64,000 nucleotides of DNA from the NCBI GenBank assembly GCA_963677345.2, contig CAXXLC010000023.1, forward strand, positions 21,991-85,990. The letters are read 5' to 3'. Positions 36,196 to 45,886 of the stretch are shown in pieces; positions within the stretch are counted from its first letter, which is position 1; each line of letters opens with the position of its first letter. The DNA is from an uncultured Saccharicrinis sp. Lineage in GTDB: Bacteria; Bacteroidota; Bacteroidia; Bacteroidales; Marinilabiliaceae. The position numbers and the translations under genes were made by a program. A model generated the notes under the pieces. It saw only the letters and a list, made by a program, of their open reading frames with translations. It was not told the origin of the DNA and made no database searches.

Positions 36196-36957
36196 ATGGA
36201 AGCATTATTAAATCCTTTACATACAGACTGGACTACCTGGTGGTTAACAATTCTCTGCGCCCTTGTTGCCGGATTAAGTAAAAGTGGCTTGAAAGGTTTT
36301 GCCATGATTAACATTCCTATACTCGCTTATTTATATGGAGGAATGGCTTCCGTTGGAATCCTCTTACCCTTTTTAATATTTGGGGATATCTTTGCTGTTA
36401 TTTATTACCGGAGAAGTGCTGAATGGAAATACATTAAAAAACTTCTCCCCTATGCAATTATCGGAATAACAACTGCTGTATTTGTTGGTAAATATGTAAA
36501 CGATGATCAATTTAGAACCACCATTGCTATAGCAATATTAATATGCCTGGCAATACTTATATACAGAGACTTAATGGGAAGATCAATAGATATTACTGAT
36601 AAAAAATGGTTCTCTTCATCCTTAGGTCTCTTTGGTGGATTTGCTACTATGATTGGAAATGCAGCCGGACCAATATTTAATTTATACCTGATGAGTATGC
36701 GCTTACCTAAAGAAACCTTTATAGGTACCGGTGCTTATTTTTATTTACTACTAAACGTTCTAAAAACTCCTATTCATATATTCTATTGGAAATCTATAAC
36801 ACTCGAAACCTTTCAATTAAATTTAGTCTGCTTACCTGTTTTAATAATAGGCGCATTTATTGGCAAATGGATTGTAAAATTAATTCCAGAAAAAGCTTAC
36901 AGGATATTTGTTATGGGCGTAATTACTATTTCTGCAATCATGCTCCTGTTCAAGTAA
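36196..36957 (+). CDS. TauE/SafE family sulfite/anion exporter
   Basis: About 253 aa polytopic membrane protein with the two-fold repeat architecture and Gly-rich helices of the TauE family. ATG 36196 is preferred to TTG 36187. Confidence 0.8.
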   Translation: MEALLNPLHTDWTTWWLTILCALVAGLSKSGLKGFAMINIPILAYLYGGMASVGILLPFLIFGDIFAVIYYRRSAEWKYIKKLLPYAIIGITTAVFVGKYVNDDQFRTTIAIAILICLAILIYRDLMGRSIDITDKKWFSSSLGLFGGFATMIGNAAGPIFNLYLMSMRLPKETFIGTGAYFYLLLNVLKTPIHIFYWKSITLETFQLNLVCLPVLIIGAFIGKWIVKLIPEKAYRIFVMGVITISAIMLLFK

Positions 36958-37072
36958 ATTCCTGTATTTCAACCCAATATCCAACACACTCTTTAAGATG
37001 AGAAAATTATTTCTTGTTCACCATTTACATTTTCTTATTAAACAACTACTTTTGCAGCCAATTAAGTAATAA

Positions 37073-37438
37073 TTATTCTGTTTTTATAAAAGCAGGTTCG
37101 CAACATAGGATATTGTGATCCCAGTTAACTTCATACTTTAATTCTTCAGACAATTTCTTAAATATTTTAGCTTTTTCAAAATTACAGCTCGATAATTCTA
37201 TGTAGGTGAAACCACTATCTGTAAATGAATGTAATGCCAGGTGTGATTCTGCCAACAACCAAAAAGCTGTATATCCATTTACAGGAAATTTATATGATGA
37301 ACAGTTTAATATTTTAAACGCTGCATTTTGTAAAATCCGTTTAAATAAATTATCCAGTTCTTCCTCATCAACTAAATTGATCCATCCTTTTAAATTATAT
37401 ATTTTCGGAGACAATTGTTTATGTTCTAATTTAACCAT
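37073..37438 (-). CDS. S-adenosylmethionine decarboxylase proenzyme-like (small SpeH/SpeD class)
   Basis: 121 aa. LLAESHLALHSFTDSGFTYIELSSC matches the self-cleavage (E-S) and pyruvoyl-site region of small prokaryotic AdoMetDCs. Confidence 0.7.
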   Translation of the reverse strand: MVKLEHKQLSPKIYNLKGWINLVDEEELDNLFKRILQNAAFKILNCSSYKFPVNGYTAFWLLAESHLALHSFTDSGFTYIELSSCNFEKAKIFKKLSEELKYEVNWDHNILCCEPAFIKTE

Positions 37439-37462
37439 AGTTTAATACTTTATTGTACTAAG

Positions 37463-39016
37463 CTAGTACAGATCCCAATTTCCTTTTAAATAATATTTGT
37501 AGAGAACCGGATCATGAATTTTATTGATTTTTACAGAGTCACTCTGTCCAGGATATACATCTTTACCAAATGAAGTAATTAATTGCATAGCTTCGTTTGT
37601 TAACCATTTAGTCTGAATATTTTCAAAATGCAAACTCTGTAAAGCTTTCTTCAATGGATAATCATCTGTTTGCTTAATTCCTAAACTCCAGCCCCATTCA
37701 CCCAAAGTAATTACCTGGTTATGCAATGGTACTGTTACAAACCCGGCACTTTCCATAGTTTTAACAATACATTTAAATGCTTTTGTTGCAAAATAAGGGC
37801 TACCTGCCTGGGTAATAATCACACCACCTGGTCTAAGATGTTTATATGCAATTTTATAAAACTCCTCAGAATACAATCTCCCCAACTCTACGGTTCGAGG
37901 ATCTGGCAAGTCAACAATAATTACATCATAAAAAGAATTATTTCCACTTACATAAGTAAAACCATCCTGATTTAACACATTTACTTTAGGATCATTTAAG
38001 GAACCTTTATTTAATTTTGTTAATAATGGATATTCCCTTCCTAGTTTTGTCATAGCAGGATCCAGATCAACCAATGTAATATGTTTTACTGCTTCATATT
38101 TTAATATCTCGCGAACTGCACAACCATCACCACCTCCCAAAACTAAAACTTCTTGCGGATTTGGATGAAGCGACAGTACAGGATGAACTAAAGGCTCATG
38201 ATACATCATTTCATCCATGGTACATAATTGCTGATTTCCATTTAAATACAACCAAAAATCATTCTTCCACTGAGTAATAACAATGCGTTGATATTTGGTT
38301 TGCTCAGCATAAATAACTTTATCCTTATATTTTTGTTGCTCTCCAAAAGTAATAATAGGTTCGGCCAGAAAAACTCCTCCTATTAATACCATCATAATCG
38401 CCACAACAGAAATATTAAAAGGAATTTTATAGGATTCATTAATAAACCTCTTCAAGAAAACATAAACACCTATAGCAACACTAAAATTTACAACTCCGAG
38501 AACAAAAGGAGTATAATTTAAACCTAAGAAAGGTATACCAACAAATGCAAAGAAAATCCCACCTAACAGACTACCATAATAATCATTTTCAAGCACCTTA
38601 GAAATATTAACCCTCAAATCCTCATACTGATCGTTTATCCGGGTAACCAAAGGAATTTCCATTCCAATAAGCATTCCTATTAAAATACTACAAGCATAAA
38701 TAATTACCGCCAGGGAGGCTGTATATGCCGAGGCCGTATAAACAACTAATGGCACAAAAGAAACAACTATGGAAAGTATAAACTCAAGTATCAGAAATTT
38801 TTCGGTCAGATTATTTACAAACGACTTACTTATTCTACTTCCCAATCCCATTGAAAACATCATTGTAGAAACAATCAATGCCCATTGAATAGTAGAATCT
38901 CCTAAAAAATAAGTAGCTAAAGTAGAAAGTAAATATTCAGCAACTATACCACTAAATCCAGTTGCAAAGATTGCTGCCATTAAAATAGCAGAATACTTAT
39001 TTTTAATCTTAAACAT
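37463..39016 (-). CDS. Membrane-anchored polyamine aminopropyltransferase (spermidine/spermine synthase-like)
   Basis: 517 aa. The N-terminal ~220 aa has multiple TM helices. The C-terminal domain has VLVLGGGDGCAVREILKY and DLPDP motifs of the spermine/spermidine synthase family. Confidence 0.85.
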   Translation of the reverse strand: MFKIKNKYSAILMAAIFATGFSGIVAEYLLSTLATYFLGDSTIQWALIVSTMMFSMGLGSRISKSFVNNLTEKFLILEFILSIVVSFVPLVVYTASAYTASLAVIIYACSILIGMLIGMEIPLVTRINDQYEDLRVNISKVLENDYYGSLLGGIFFAFVGIPFLGLNYTPFVLGVVNFSVAIGVYVFLKRFINESYKIPFNISVVAIMMVLIGGVFLAEPIITFGEQQKYKDKVIYAEQTKYQRIVITQWKNDFWLYLNGNQQLCTMDEMMYHEPLVHPVLSLHPNPQEVLVLGGGDGCAVREILKYEAVKHITLVDLDPAMTKLGREYPLLTKLNKGSLNDPKVNVLNQDGFTYVSGNNSFYDVIIVDLPDPRTVELGRLYSEEFYKIAYKHLRPGGVIITQAGSPYFATKAFKCIVKTMESAGFVTVPLHNQVITLGEWGWSLGIKQTDDYPLKKALQSLHFENIQTKWLTNEAMQLITSFGKDVYPGQSDSVKINKIHDPVLYKYYLKGNWDLY

Positions 39017-39071
39017 TAAAATAATGATATTATTAAACAGTGTCAGAAATCGACAACCTTAAAGGAATATA

Positions 39072-39111
39072 AAAACAAAAGTATCAGATTTAAACCTGAT
39101 ACTTTTGTTTT
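39072..39111. terminator. Perfect 16-bp-stem hairpin (bidirectional-terminator-like) inside the cluster
   Basis: aaaacaaaagtatcag-atttaaac-ctgatacttttgtttt is flanked by A/T runs. It lies between the DUF350 gene stop (39122) and the aminopropyltransferase start (39016). Confidence 0.65.
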
Positions 39112-39121
39112 TACTAATATT

Positions 39122-40009
39122 TTATAAACACCAGGTAATTAAAACAGAACCTCCTATATAGGCAAAGGCCTCGATAATAGCAGCTCCAACATTTGGATGT
39201 TCTTGATTTATAATTTCGTCTGTTAACCGTTGTCCTGGCAGAAGAATTTTATCAGTTAAAAACCTCATTACCGGTAATAAGATAATTCCAATCAAAAGCT
39301 CAAATCCAGCTTCTGAAAATGTAACACCCCACCCTTCAAAATCTCCAGAAATGCCATAACGAATTAAATTAGCTATAGCAATCAGTGCACCAGCAAAACC
39401 CACACCTACAGCCACATTATCTTTTTCTATATGTTCATGAACATCATAAGGTGTAATCAACTGGTAAATAGCAGCAGCTATAACAATAGCAATTTGCCCT
39501 GCAGCCCAAAAAACTGTTGCGGTTAAAAATCCATGTCCCCATCCCCCAACTTCAGACTCTCCACTTACTGCACCAAAAATTATCAACCCAGAGGCTATAG
39601 ATACAGCACCTTCAATTACTCCTGTACCTGAATTTCTATCCTCCACGATTTCTTTTTTTACAGAAAACTTACTTAGAATAATTTTATCATTTAGCCAAAT
39701 AGATAAGTTTAATAGCACTATAGCTAAACCTCCATAAGCTAAAATATCAATTAAATCATTAACTAATCCCCTGGTAGGACCAACAATAGCACTTCCAACA
39801 GCCAAAAGTAAACCAATAAAATAACCAGTATGTGCAAAAGCAAATGCCAGGTTATCTTTTTCAACCAACTCATCTTTTATATTAAAATCTTTGTTCACCA
39901 GTTGATAAACTAATTTACCAAGAGAGAAGATCACAAAACCAGCTGCAATGTATGCTATCGCATCATATAATATCGTTGAAATATCTGAAAAATTCATAGT
40001 TATATACAT
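39122..40009 (-). CDS. DUF350 (YjfL-like) membrane protein, duplicated domain
   Basis: 295 aa and polytopic. The C-terminus HPNVGAAIIEAFAYIGGSVLITWCL parallels the E. coli YjfL C-terminus (…NTAAG…GGIFNAACMTW). Confidence 0.7.
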   Translation of the reverse strand: MYITMNFSDISTILYDAIAYIAAGFVIFSLGKLVYQLVNKDFNIKDELVEKDNLAFAFAHTGYFIGLLLAVGSAIVGPTRGLVNDLIDILAYGGLAIVLLNLSIWLNDKIILSKFSVKKEIVEDRNSGTGVIEGAVSIASGLIIFGAVSGESEVGGWGHGFLTATVFWAAGQIAIVIAAAIYQLITPYDVHEHIEKDNVAVGVGFAGALIAIANLIRYGISGDFEGWGVTFSEAGFELLIGIILLPVMRFLTDKILLPGQRLTDEIINQEHPNVGAAIIEAFAYIGGSVLITWCL

Positions 40010-40021
40010 TAAGAGTTTAGA

Positions 40022-40837
40022 CTATTTACCAAAACCTCCACTACGGCTTCTCGAAGAAGAACTACTATAGCGAGATGAACTCCTTGATTTTTGCGAATAG
40101 CTTGAGCTTGAGGAATAGCTGCGTGATGAACCTGCAGAACTAGATCTGGACACCTGACTGCGTACCTGACTTTTAAAGTTAGATGGTTTTGAAGCCCAGG
40201 TTGTCGATTTACCTGTGGATGAAGAAGTATAAGAACCTGTTCCATATACTGTTCTTCCGGAAGGACCATAATATGGTCGACTTCCATAATACCCCCCTCT
40301 ATAATAATCATCCCAATAGGAACGACGTACCGGATAAGTCATCATATTAAACATTGATGACATAAAAGCATATTGTCCATAAAACTCCCAAAACGAAGTT
40401 CCATTTCTTTGTGTCCAGTGACCATACTTTTCGTTACCAATATAATGATTATAACCTGCAGGACTGGCTACCTTAGATAATTTACCATCCTTTTTAGATG
40501 CTATCTCCATGCCCATATTGTTGATATTATCAGCAAAAAAAGATTCACTTACTTTTTGCCAGTCAGTTTCCTGCGATAAAACGGTATCCGGTTTTTCAAT
40601 TAAAACCTGATACTGGTGATAATAACCATTACTTCTGGAATCCATATCTAATAAGATAATAGAAAAGTTCTGTTCATTTGACAAAGATCTGACCAGAATA
40701 TCTACCGGTGATTTTTCCCAACTACTTACTCTGGAATCAGAATAGTAGCTTCTGTTTGATCTACAGGTGCTACAAGTTTTCAACATAAAAAAACCAATAA
40801 CAACTGCTATAATAATTTTTGCTAATTTATTATCCAT
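40022..40837 (-). CDS. Membrane-anchored protein with Ser/Arg/Tyr-rich tail ending GGFGK (YjfM/DUF1190-like by tail and context)
   Basis: 271 aa with an N-terminal TM helix and a globular middle. The C-terminal ~70 aa are low complexity (SSSSYSQKSRSSSRYSSSSSRSRSGGFGK). Confidence 0.5.
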   Translation of the reverse strand: MDNKLAKIIIAVVIGFFMLKTCSTCRSNRSYYSDSRVSSWEKSPVDILVRSLSNEQNFSIILLDMDSRSNGYYHQYQVLIEKPDTVLSQETDWQKVSESFFADNINNMGMEIASKKDGKLSKVASPAGYNHYIGNEKYGHWTQRNGTSFWEFYGQYAFMSSMFNMMTYPVRRSYWDDYYRGGYYGSRPYYGPSGRTVYGTGSYTSSSTGKSTTWASKPSNFKSQVRSQVSRSSSAGSSRSYSSSSSYSQKSRSSSRYSSSSSRSRSGGFGK

Positions 40838-40858
40838 ACATTAGGTATTGTTAGGCAA

Positions 40859-41401
40859 TTAATTACCTGAAGGTAAAATATTTGAAATTTCAAACTCTTT
40901 AATCTTTTTTCCTATTGATGCTTCAAACTCCTTCTCATCCCATTGTTCAATACAAAGAATATTTTCACCATCTTTATCTTCAAAATCCCAGGATCTGAAT
41001 TCTTCCCAGTGATCTCCTTTTGCTATATCATGAAAATAACCAGGAGCTTCATTCTCTAAATAATAAGTAATTCCACCATATTCAATTGACTTAGGAGGCT
41101 GTTGTTTATCCTGAAGTATCTCCAGGAGACTCTTGTCTAAAGTTCTTATTTTTATCTTTTGGGAAATAGAAAGCTCAAGTTCATCATCCTCCTCAACAGA
41201 TAAAAATCGCGTCGTTGTGCCATCTGAAATTTTAAATTCGCGTGTAAAATAATTATCCCCCCAATCGTATTCATATATTGCCTGCACCTCCCAGGTAGAG
41301 AGGTCATATTCAAAAACAAAACCAACATCCAGGTCTTTAACCTGAATATTGGTGCTATCGTAATGAGATTCTTTTTTCTTAAAAATATCAAAGATACCCA
41401 T
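40859..41401 (-). CDS. DUF4178 domain protein (YjfK-like)
   Basis: 180 aa. TWEVQAIYEYDWGDNYFTREFKISDGTTTRFLSVEEDDELE matches the DUF4178 beta-rich pattern. Confidence 0.7.
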   Translation of the reverse strand: MGIFDIFKKKESHYDSTNIQVKDLDVGFVFEYDLSTWEVQAIYEYDWGDNYFTREFKISDGTTTRFLSVEEDDELELSISQKIKIRTLDKSLLEILQDKQQPPKSIEYGGITYYLENEAPGYFHDIAKGDHWEEFRSWDFEDKDGENILCIEQWDEKEFEASIGKKIKEFEISNILPSGN

Positions 41402-41413
41402 AATTGTCTTTAT

Positions 41414-42115
41414 CTATTTTTGTTTCAGTTTAGCTTTAAGCTCTTCCAATGAATTTGAAGCCTTCACGTTTTTATCAGATAAAACATCATTAATTTCATC
41501 ATCAATACTACGATTTTCAAGTGCAATTTCACCATAGGCTTCACTCATAGCTTCCTGTTGAGCTACTTTTTCTTTCATCTTTTCAAGCATTGAAACAGTA
41601 CCTGAACTATCTATACCACTTAATTGCTTATTTATTTTTTGAGTTGCATTACTAACCCTAGCTCTTGCCTTTAAGGTACGCAATTCATTTTCATAGCTTG
41701 TAATAGTGCTCTTAAGCTTTTTAATATTTTTATCCAGATTGGCTATATTAACATCAAAACGAGATACTTCATCCTGTGCCCGGGAAGCAGCTTCTACAGC
41801 CTCTTCTTTTCTGGATAATGCTTCTGTTGCCAATCTATCAGCCTCAGTAACCTCCAACTCCCCTTTTTCAGCTTTTTGGATTAATAATATGGCTTTTTGT
41901 TCGTAATTTTTCGCCATTTCAGTATTGGTTACCAAATCTTTTTTGCTGCGAATGGCCAATGCTTTCACCTCGGCTAATGCTTGTAAACTTTTATCCAAAT
42001 CTTTTTTGAGATCACGAATTCCTTGTTCGGTCATTTTGATTGGATCCTCCAATTTATCTACCAAGGCATGTGCTTCAGCTTTTCCTACTCGAAATATTCT
42101 ATTAAAAATACTCAT
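41414..42115 (-). CDS. pspA: PspA/IM30 family protein
   Basis: 233 aa and all coiled-coil. The N-terminus MSIFNRIFRVGKAEAHALVDKLEDPIKMTEQGIRDLKKDL is the canonical PspA/IM30 start. Confidence 0.9.
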   Translation of the reverse strand: MSIFNRIFRVGKAEAHALVDKLEDPIKMTEQGIRDLKKDLDKSLQALAEVKALAIRSKKDLVTNTEMAKNYEQKAILLIQKAEKGELEVTEADRLATEALSRKEEAVEAASRAQDEVSRFDVNIANLDKNIKKLKSTITSYENELRTLKARARVSNATQKINKQLSGIDSSGTVSMLEKMKEKVAQQEAMSEAYGEIALENRSIDDEINDVLSDKNVKASNSLEELKAKLKQK

Positions 42116-42126
42116 CCTTACAATTT

Positions 42127-42522
42127 TTAGGCTTTTGAAAATTCTATTAACTCTTCTGAATACTCTGACAGCAATAACTTTAAAGAATTCAATGTTGCTT
42201 CCAACTCGTTTAAATCCAGGTTTTCCAACTGCAAAGTATCCCTGAAGATCACTCTTTTTCCACTTTCATCAATCGTGAAAGCTCCATGGATAATTTCACG
42301 ATTTTTTTTCAATAAAGATCTATAAATATCACTTGAACCTTCTTTCATTTCAAAAAGAAGAGCCTCGATAATTAATATACTGTCTTCGCAGTCAATAATT
42401 ACGCTACTAATTCCATCTTCTTCTTTTTCAATAACAAAAAGCTCCTCGTTAATATCTTCTGAAACAATTCTGTATTCAAGATCTAAAAGGTAGTTTTTCA
42501 CCTTGTTAAAATTATCGCTCAT
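42127..42522 (-). CDS. YbjN/YjfI-like (CesT/Tir-chaperone-like fold) small acidic protein
   Basis: 131 aa and acidic. Its size and position directly upstream of pspA match E. coli yjfI. The sequence similarity is judged by eye only. Confidence 0.5.
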   Translation of the reverse strand: MSDNFNKVKNYLLDLEYRIVSEDINEELFVIEKEEDGISSVIIDCEDSILIIEALLFEMKEGSSDIYRSLLKKNREIIHGAFTIDESGKRVIFRDTLQLENLDLNELEATLNSLKLLLSEYSEELIEFSKA

Positions 42523-42707
42523 AGCAATTTTTATGTTGAAAAGGTTTATAAAATAATTTATGATTATTAATTAAGACAATAGTATAACAAAATACTAATC
42601 AGTATTTTTTTTAGAATATACCTGCCTTTGTCAGGTTCAAATATAAAAACAAGAGGTTTACAATATTATGAAAAATAACGTGAATTATCAATATAAGTTT
42701 TGAGAAT

Positions 42708-44153
42708 TTATCTTTTGTCATTATGACGAATAATGATCAACCCAATAAACATTATAACTCCATTTAAAATTAATTTTTCATAGCCTAAAGAAAAATCAAA
42801 CCATTCTATTGAATTATAATCTAATATTCCTGTAATAATTGGAGCTAATATAGCTAAAAACGGAATCCATTGATCCTTAACCTTAATTTTACTAAACAAA
42901 CCAAATGCATATAATCCAAGCAGAGGTCCATAAGTATACCCGGCTAAAATAAATATAGTACTTATGATACTATCTGCTTTAAAAACCCGAAAAAGAATAA
43001 TTGTCAACATTAAAACCAATGAAAAGGTTAAATGCACCAACATCCTTCTTTTTTTTGAAAGATCTTCTCCATGTTTGGTACCTAATATATCTACAGAAAA
43101 TGATGTTGTTAATGAGGTTAATGCAGAGTCGGCACTACTATATGCAGCAGCAACCAAACCTATTATAAAAAAAACGCCGACTATAGCGGGTAATTTGCCA
43201 CTATTAACAATCATCGGAAACAAATCATCTGATCGTTCAGGCAATGTTAAACCTTGTTGATTGGCAAACATATACAATAAAATCCCCAACGATAAAAACA
43301 AAATATTAGTTGGAACAAAAGCAAAACCATACCATTTCATATTTCTCTGAGCCTCTTTTAAATTTCTGCATGACAGATTCTTCTGCATCATATCTTGGTC
43401 AAGACCCGTCATTACAATGGTAATAAAAGCACCACTAATAAATTGTTTAAAAAAGTTTTGCTTTGAATTCCAGTCATCAAATACAAAAACTCTGCTTAGT
43501 TCACTATGATTGATCATATCAACCACACCCCACACATCCAGATGCATTGATTTTGCAATATAAACTATGGTAATAATTACTGATGTCAACATAAATGCAG
43601 TTTGAAGGGTATCTGTCCAGATAATAGTTTTTATTCCGCCCCTGAACGTATAAAGCCAAATTAAAGCAATCGTAATGAAAACAGTAGCCACAAAGGGAAT
43701 ACCCAAGGCATTAAACAAGCTTAACTGAAGAACATTAGCCATCAGGTACAACCTGGCTGATGCTCCTACAGTTCTGGAGATCAAAAACAACCAGGCTCCT
43801 GTTTTATAACCGAACTTCCCATATCTCTCTTCGAGGTAAGTATAAATTGATGTTAGATTTAACTTATAATATACAGGCAACAATATATGAGCTATAGCCA
43901 GATAACCCAGGAAATAACCGGCTACCATCTGTAGATAGGTAAAGTGAGTTGTATGCACCCATCCCGGAACAGATATAAAAGTAACACCCGATAAACTTGC
44001 CCCAATCATACCAATAGAAACGATATACCAGGGCGATTGACGATTACCTACAAAAAAACTTTTATTATCAGATTTTTTCCCTGTAACAAAGGAAATAATC
44101 ATTAAAACAATAAAATACAGAGCAACCAGCAATCCAATATATAAAGGCTTCAT
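42708..44153 (-). CDS. Sodium:solute symporter (SSF) family transporter
   Basis: 481 aa with about 12-13 TM helices and SSF-like N-terminal motifs (GNRQSPWYIVSIGMIGASLSGVTFISVPG). Confidence 0.85.
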   Translation of the reverse strand: MKPLYIGLLVALYFIVLMIISFVTGKKSDNKSFFVGNRQSPWYIVSIGMIGASLSGVTFISVPGWVHTTHFTYLQMVAGYFLGYLAIAHILLPVYYKLNLTSIYTYLEERYGKFGYKTGAWLFLISRTVGASARLYLMANVLQLSLFNALGIPFVATVFITIALIWLYTFRGGIKTIIWTDTLQTAFMLTSVIITIVYIAKSMHLDVWGVVDMINHSELSRVFVFDDWNSKQNFFKQFISGAFITIVMTGLDQDMMQKNLSCRNLKEAQRNMKWYGFAFVPTNILFLSLGILLYMFANQQGLTLPERSDDLFPMIVNSGKLPAIVGVFFIIGLVAAAYSSADSALTSLTTSFSVDILGTKHGEDLSKKRRMLVHLTFSLVLMLTIILFRVFKADSIISTIFILAGYTYGPLLGLYAFGLFSKIKVKDQWIPFLAILAPIITGILDYNSIEWFDFSLGYEKLILNGVIMFIGLIIIRHNDKR

Positions 44154-44232
44154 AAAATTATATTAACAATTAAAATCGGTTAAAAATAAATGAGTACAGT
44201 CTTTAATCCAAGTTATACCTTGATAATTTTTT

Positions 44233-44240
44233 TAACTTTG
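44233..44240 (+). promoter_or_regulatory. Bacteroidota -7 box (TAnnTTTG)
   Basis: TAACTTTG lies 26 nt upstream of the recR ATG. Confidence 0.5.
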
Positions 44241-44265
44241 AGCGATTAACATTTTTGATGAATAA

Positions 44266-44892
44266 ATGAATTCGGAAAGCTACCCATCACAAATATTAGA
44301 AAATGCAGTAAAAGAATTTTCACAACTCCCCGGAGTTGGAAGAAAAAGTGCATTACGGTTAGTTCTGTATCTTTTAAAACAGGAAAAAAAAGATGTATTG
44401 CGTTTTGCCGACGCACTAAAAAGACTTAGTGAAGAAATTGTTTATTGTAAAAAATGCTTTAATATTTCTGACCATGAAGTATGTGACATATGTTCAAACA
44501 TCAAAAGAGACCATTCAACAGTATGCGTAGTAGAGAATATTAAAGACGTAATGGCTATTGAAAACACACAACAGTATTTTGGCGTTTATCATGTATTAGG
44601 AGGGATTATTTCACCAATGGATGGAATTGGACCTGATGATTTAACCATTAAACCATTAGAAGAAAAAGTAAAATCAGGAGAAATAAACGAATTAATATTT
44701 GCACTTCCTACAACCATGGAAGGCGACACAACCAATTTTTATTTATTCAGGAAATTTTCTTCTTTAAATATTAAAATTACCATGCTTGCAAGAGGAGTTT
44801 CAATTGGAGATGAATTAGAGTATACCGATGAAGTTACTCTTGGACGATCTTTAATAAACAGGCTTCCTTTCGAATCAAGCATGAAAATTTAA
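44266..44892 (+). CDS. recR: Recombination protein RecR
   Basis: 208 aa with HhH ([12 protein letters not shown]), a C4 zinc finger (CKKCFN...CDIC) and a Toprim domain. Confidence 0.95.
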   Translation: MNSESYPSQILENAVKEFSQLPGVGRKSALRLVLYLLKQEKKDVLRFADALKRLSEEIVYCKKCFNISDHEVCDICSNIKRDHSTVCVVENIKDVMAIENTQQYFGVYHVLGGIISPMDGIGPDDLTIKPLEEKVKSGEINELIFALPTTMEGDTTNFYLFRKFSSLNIKITMLARGVSIGDELEYTDEVTLGRSLINRLPFESSMKI

Positions 44893-44928
44893 TCATAAAT
44901 TTATTATTAACATTCAAAGTCATTAAAA

Positions 44929-45402
44929 ATGCAACCTGAATTAAAAAATCAATTTAAAACATTAAACCTTATATATATTGCAATTCTTTTTTCAATGTCG
45001 ATTGCAGCTATTGCTTCTGTGTTTATTGTATATAAGATAGGACAGCTACCTGTTTTTAATGCAGACAATCAGGCCATCATAAAATCTATTGTTGTTATTG
45101 CATTATTAGCTGGCATACCTGTTAGCCATATTTTCTTCTTTAAAAAAATAAAACACATAGATAAATCATTAAACCTATTGTCGAAAATCAGGATGTACCG
45201 TTCGGCATTTATTGTTAGAATTGCCATGCTTGAAGGCATTGGTATTATAGCATCCATAGGGTACCTGGTTTCTGCCGACAAATCATTTTTATATATGTTT
45301 GGTGTTGTATTTATTTTATTCATTATTCATGCCCCTACCAAAAACAGAATAAGCAACGACCTGAACCTTACCGACGCTGAAGAAGAGATATTTATTAATT
45401 AA
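44929..45402 (+). CDS. Hypothetical membrane protein
   Basis: 157 aa with four predicted hydrophobic helices and no recognisable motif. Confidence 0.45.
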   Translation: MQPELKNQFKTLNLIYIAILFSMSIAAIASVFIVYKIGQLPVFNADNQAIIKSIVVIALLAGIPVSHIFFFKKIKHIDKSLNLLSKIRMYRSAFIVRIAMLEGIGIIASIGYLVSADKSFLYMFGVVFILFIIHAPTKNRISNDLNLTDAEEEIFIN

Positions 45403-45433
45403 ACACGAAAACTAAAAATATTCGTTATTACTT

Positions 45434-45868
45434 ATGATCATTGCTGTTGATTTTGATGGGACTATTGTAGAACATAAATATCCTGCAATAGGGAAAGAGA
45501 TGCCATTTGCTTTTGAAACACTAAAAGGAATGCAAAGAGAAGGACATTTACTAATTCTTTGGACATACAGAGCCGGGAAAGAATTAGAAGAGGCTGTTGA
45601 CTATTGCAAAAAAAAGGGAATTGAGTTTTATGCTGTAAACAAAAGCTATCCGGAAGAGAAACTAGATGAAAAAACAACTAGTAGAAAAATTAATGCTGAC
45701 ATATTTATCGACGATAGAAACATTGGAGGTTTTTATGGATGGGGAGAAATATGGCAGGAGTTAAAACTGGGAGGAGAAGAAGATTTTGAGAGAATAAAGT
45801 ATAAAATGGAAAAATCTTCCCGTAATTCTATTTGTAGGTTTTTCAGAACTTTATTTTGCGATAAATAA
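45434..45868 (+). CDS. Hypothetical protein with HAD-like N-terminal motif
   Basis: 144 aa. The N-terminus IIAVDFDGTIV resembles HAD motif I (DxDGT). Confidence 0.5.
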   Translation: MIIAVDFDGTIVEHKYPAIGKEMPFAFETLKGMQREGHLLILWTYRAGKELEEAVDYCKKKGIEFYAVNKSYPEEKLDEKTTSRKINADIFIDDRNIGGFYGWGEIWQELKLGGEEDFERIKYKMEKSSRNSICRFFRTLFCDK

Positions 45869-45886
45869 TTTTCCTTACTAATCTTA

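Noticed and set aside
40009-40311. 100-aa ORF overlapping the 3' end of the 40022-40837 gene on the same strand
   Set aside because: It is an alternative frame of the Ser/Arg-rich low-complexity tail. Its translation is repetitive (VLQVHHAAIPQAQAI…) and it has no independent start context.
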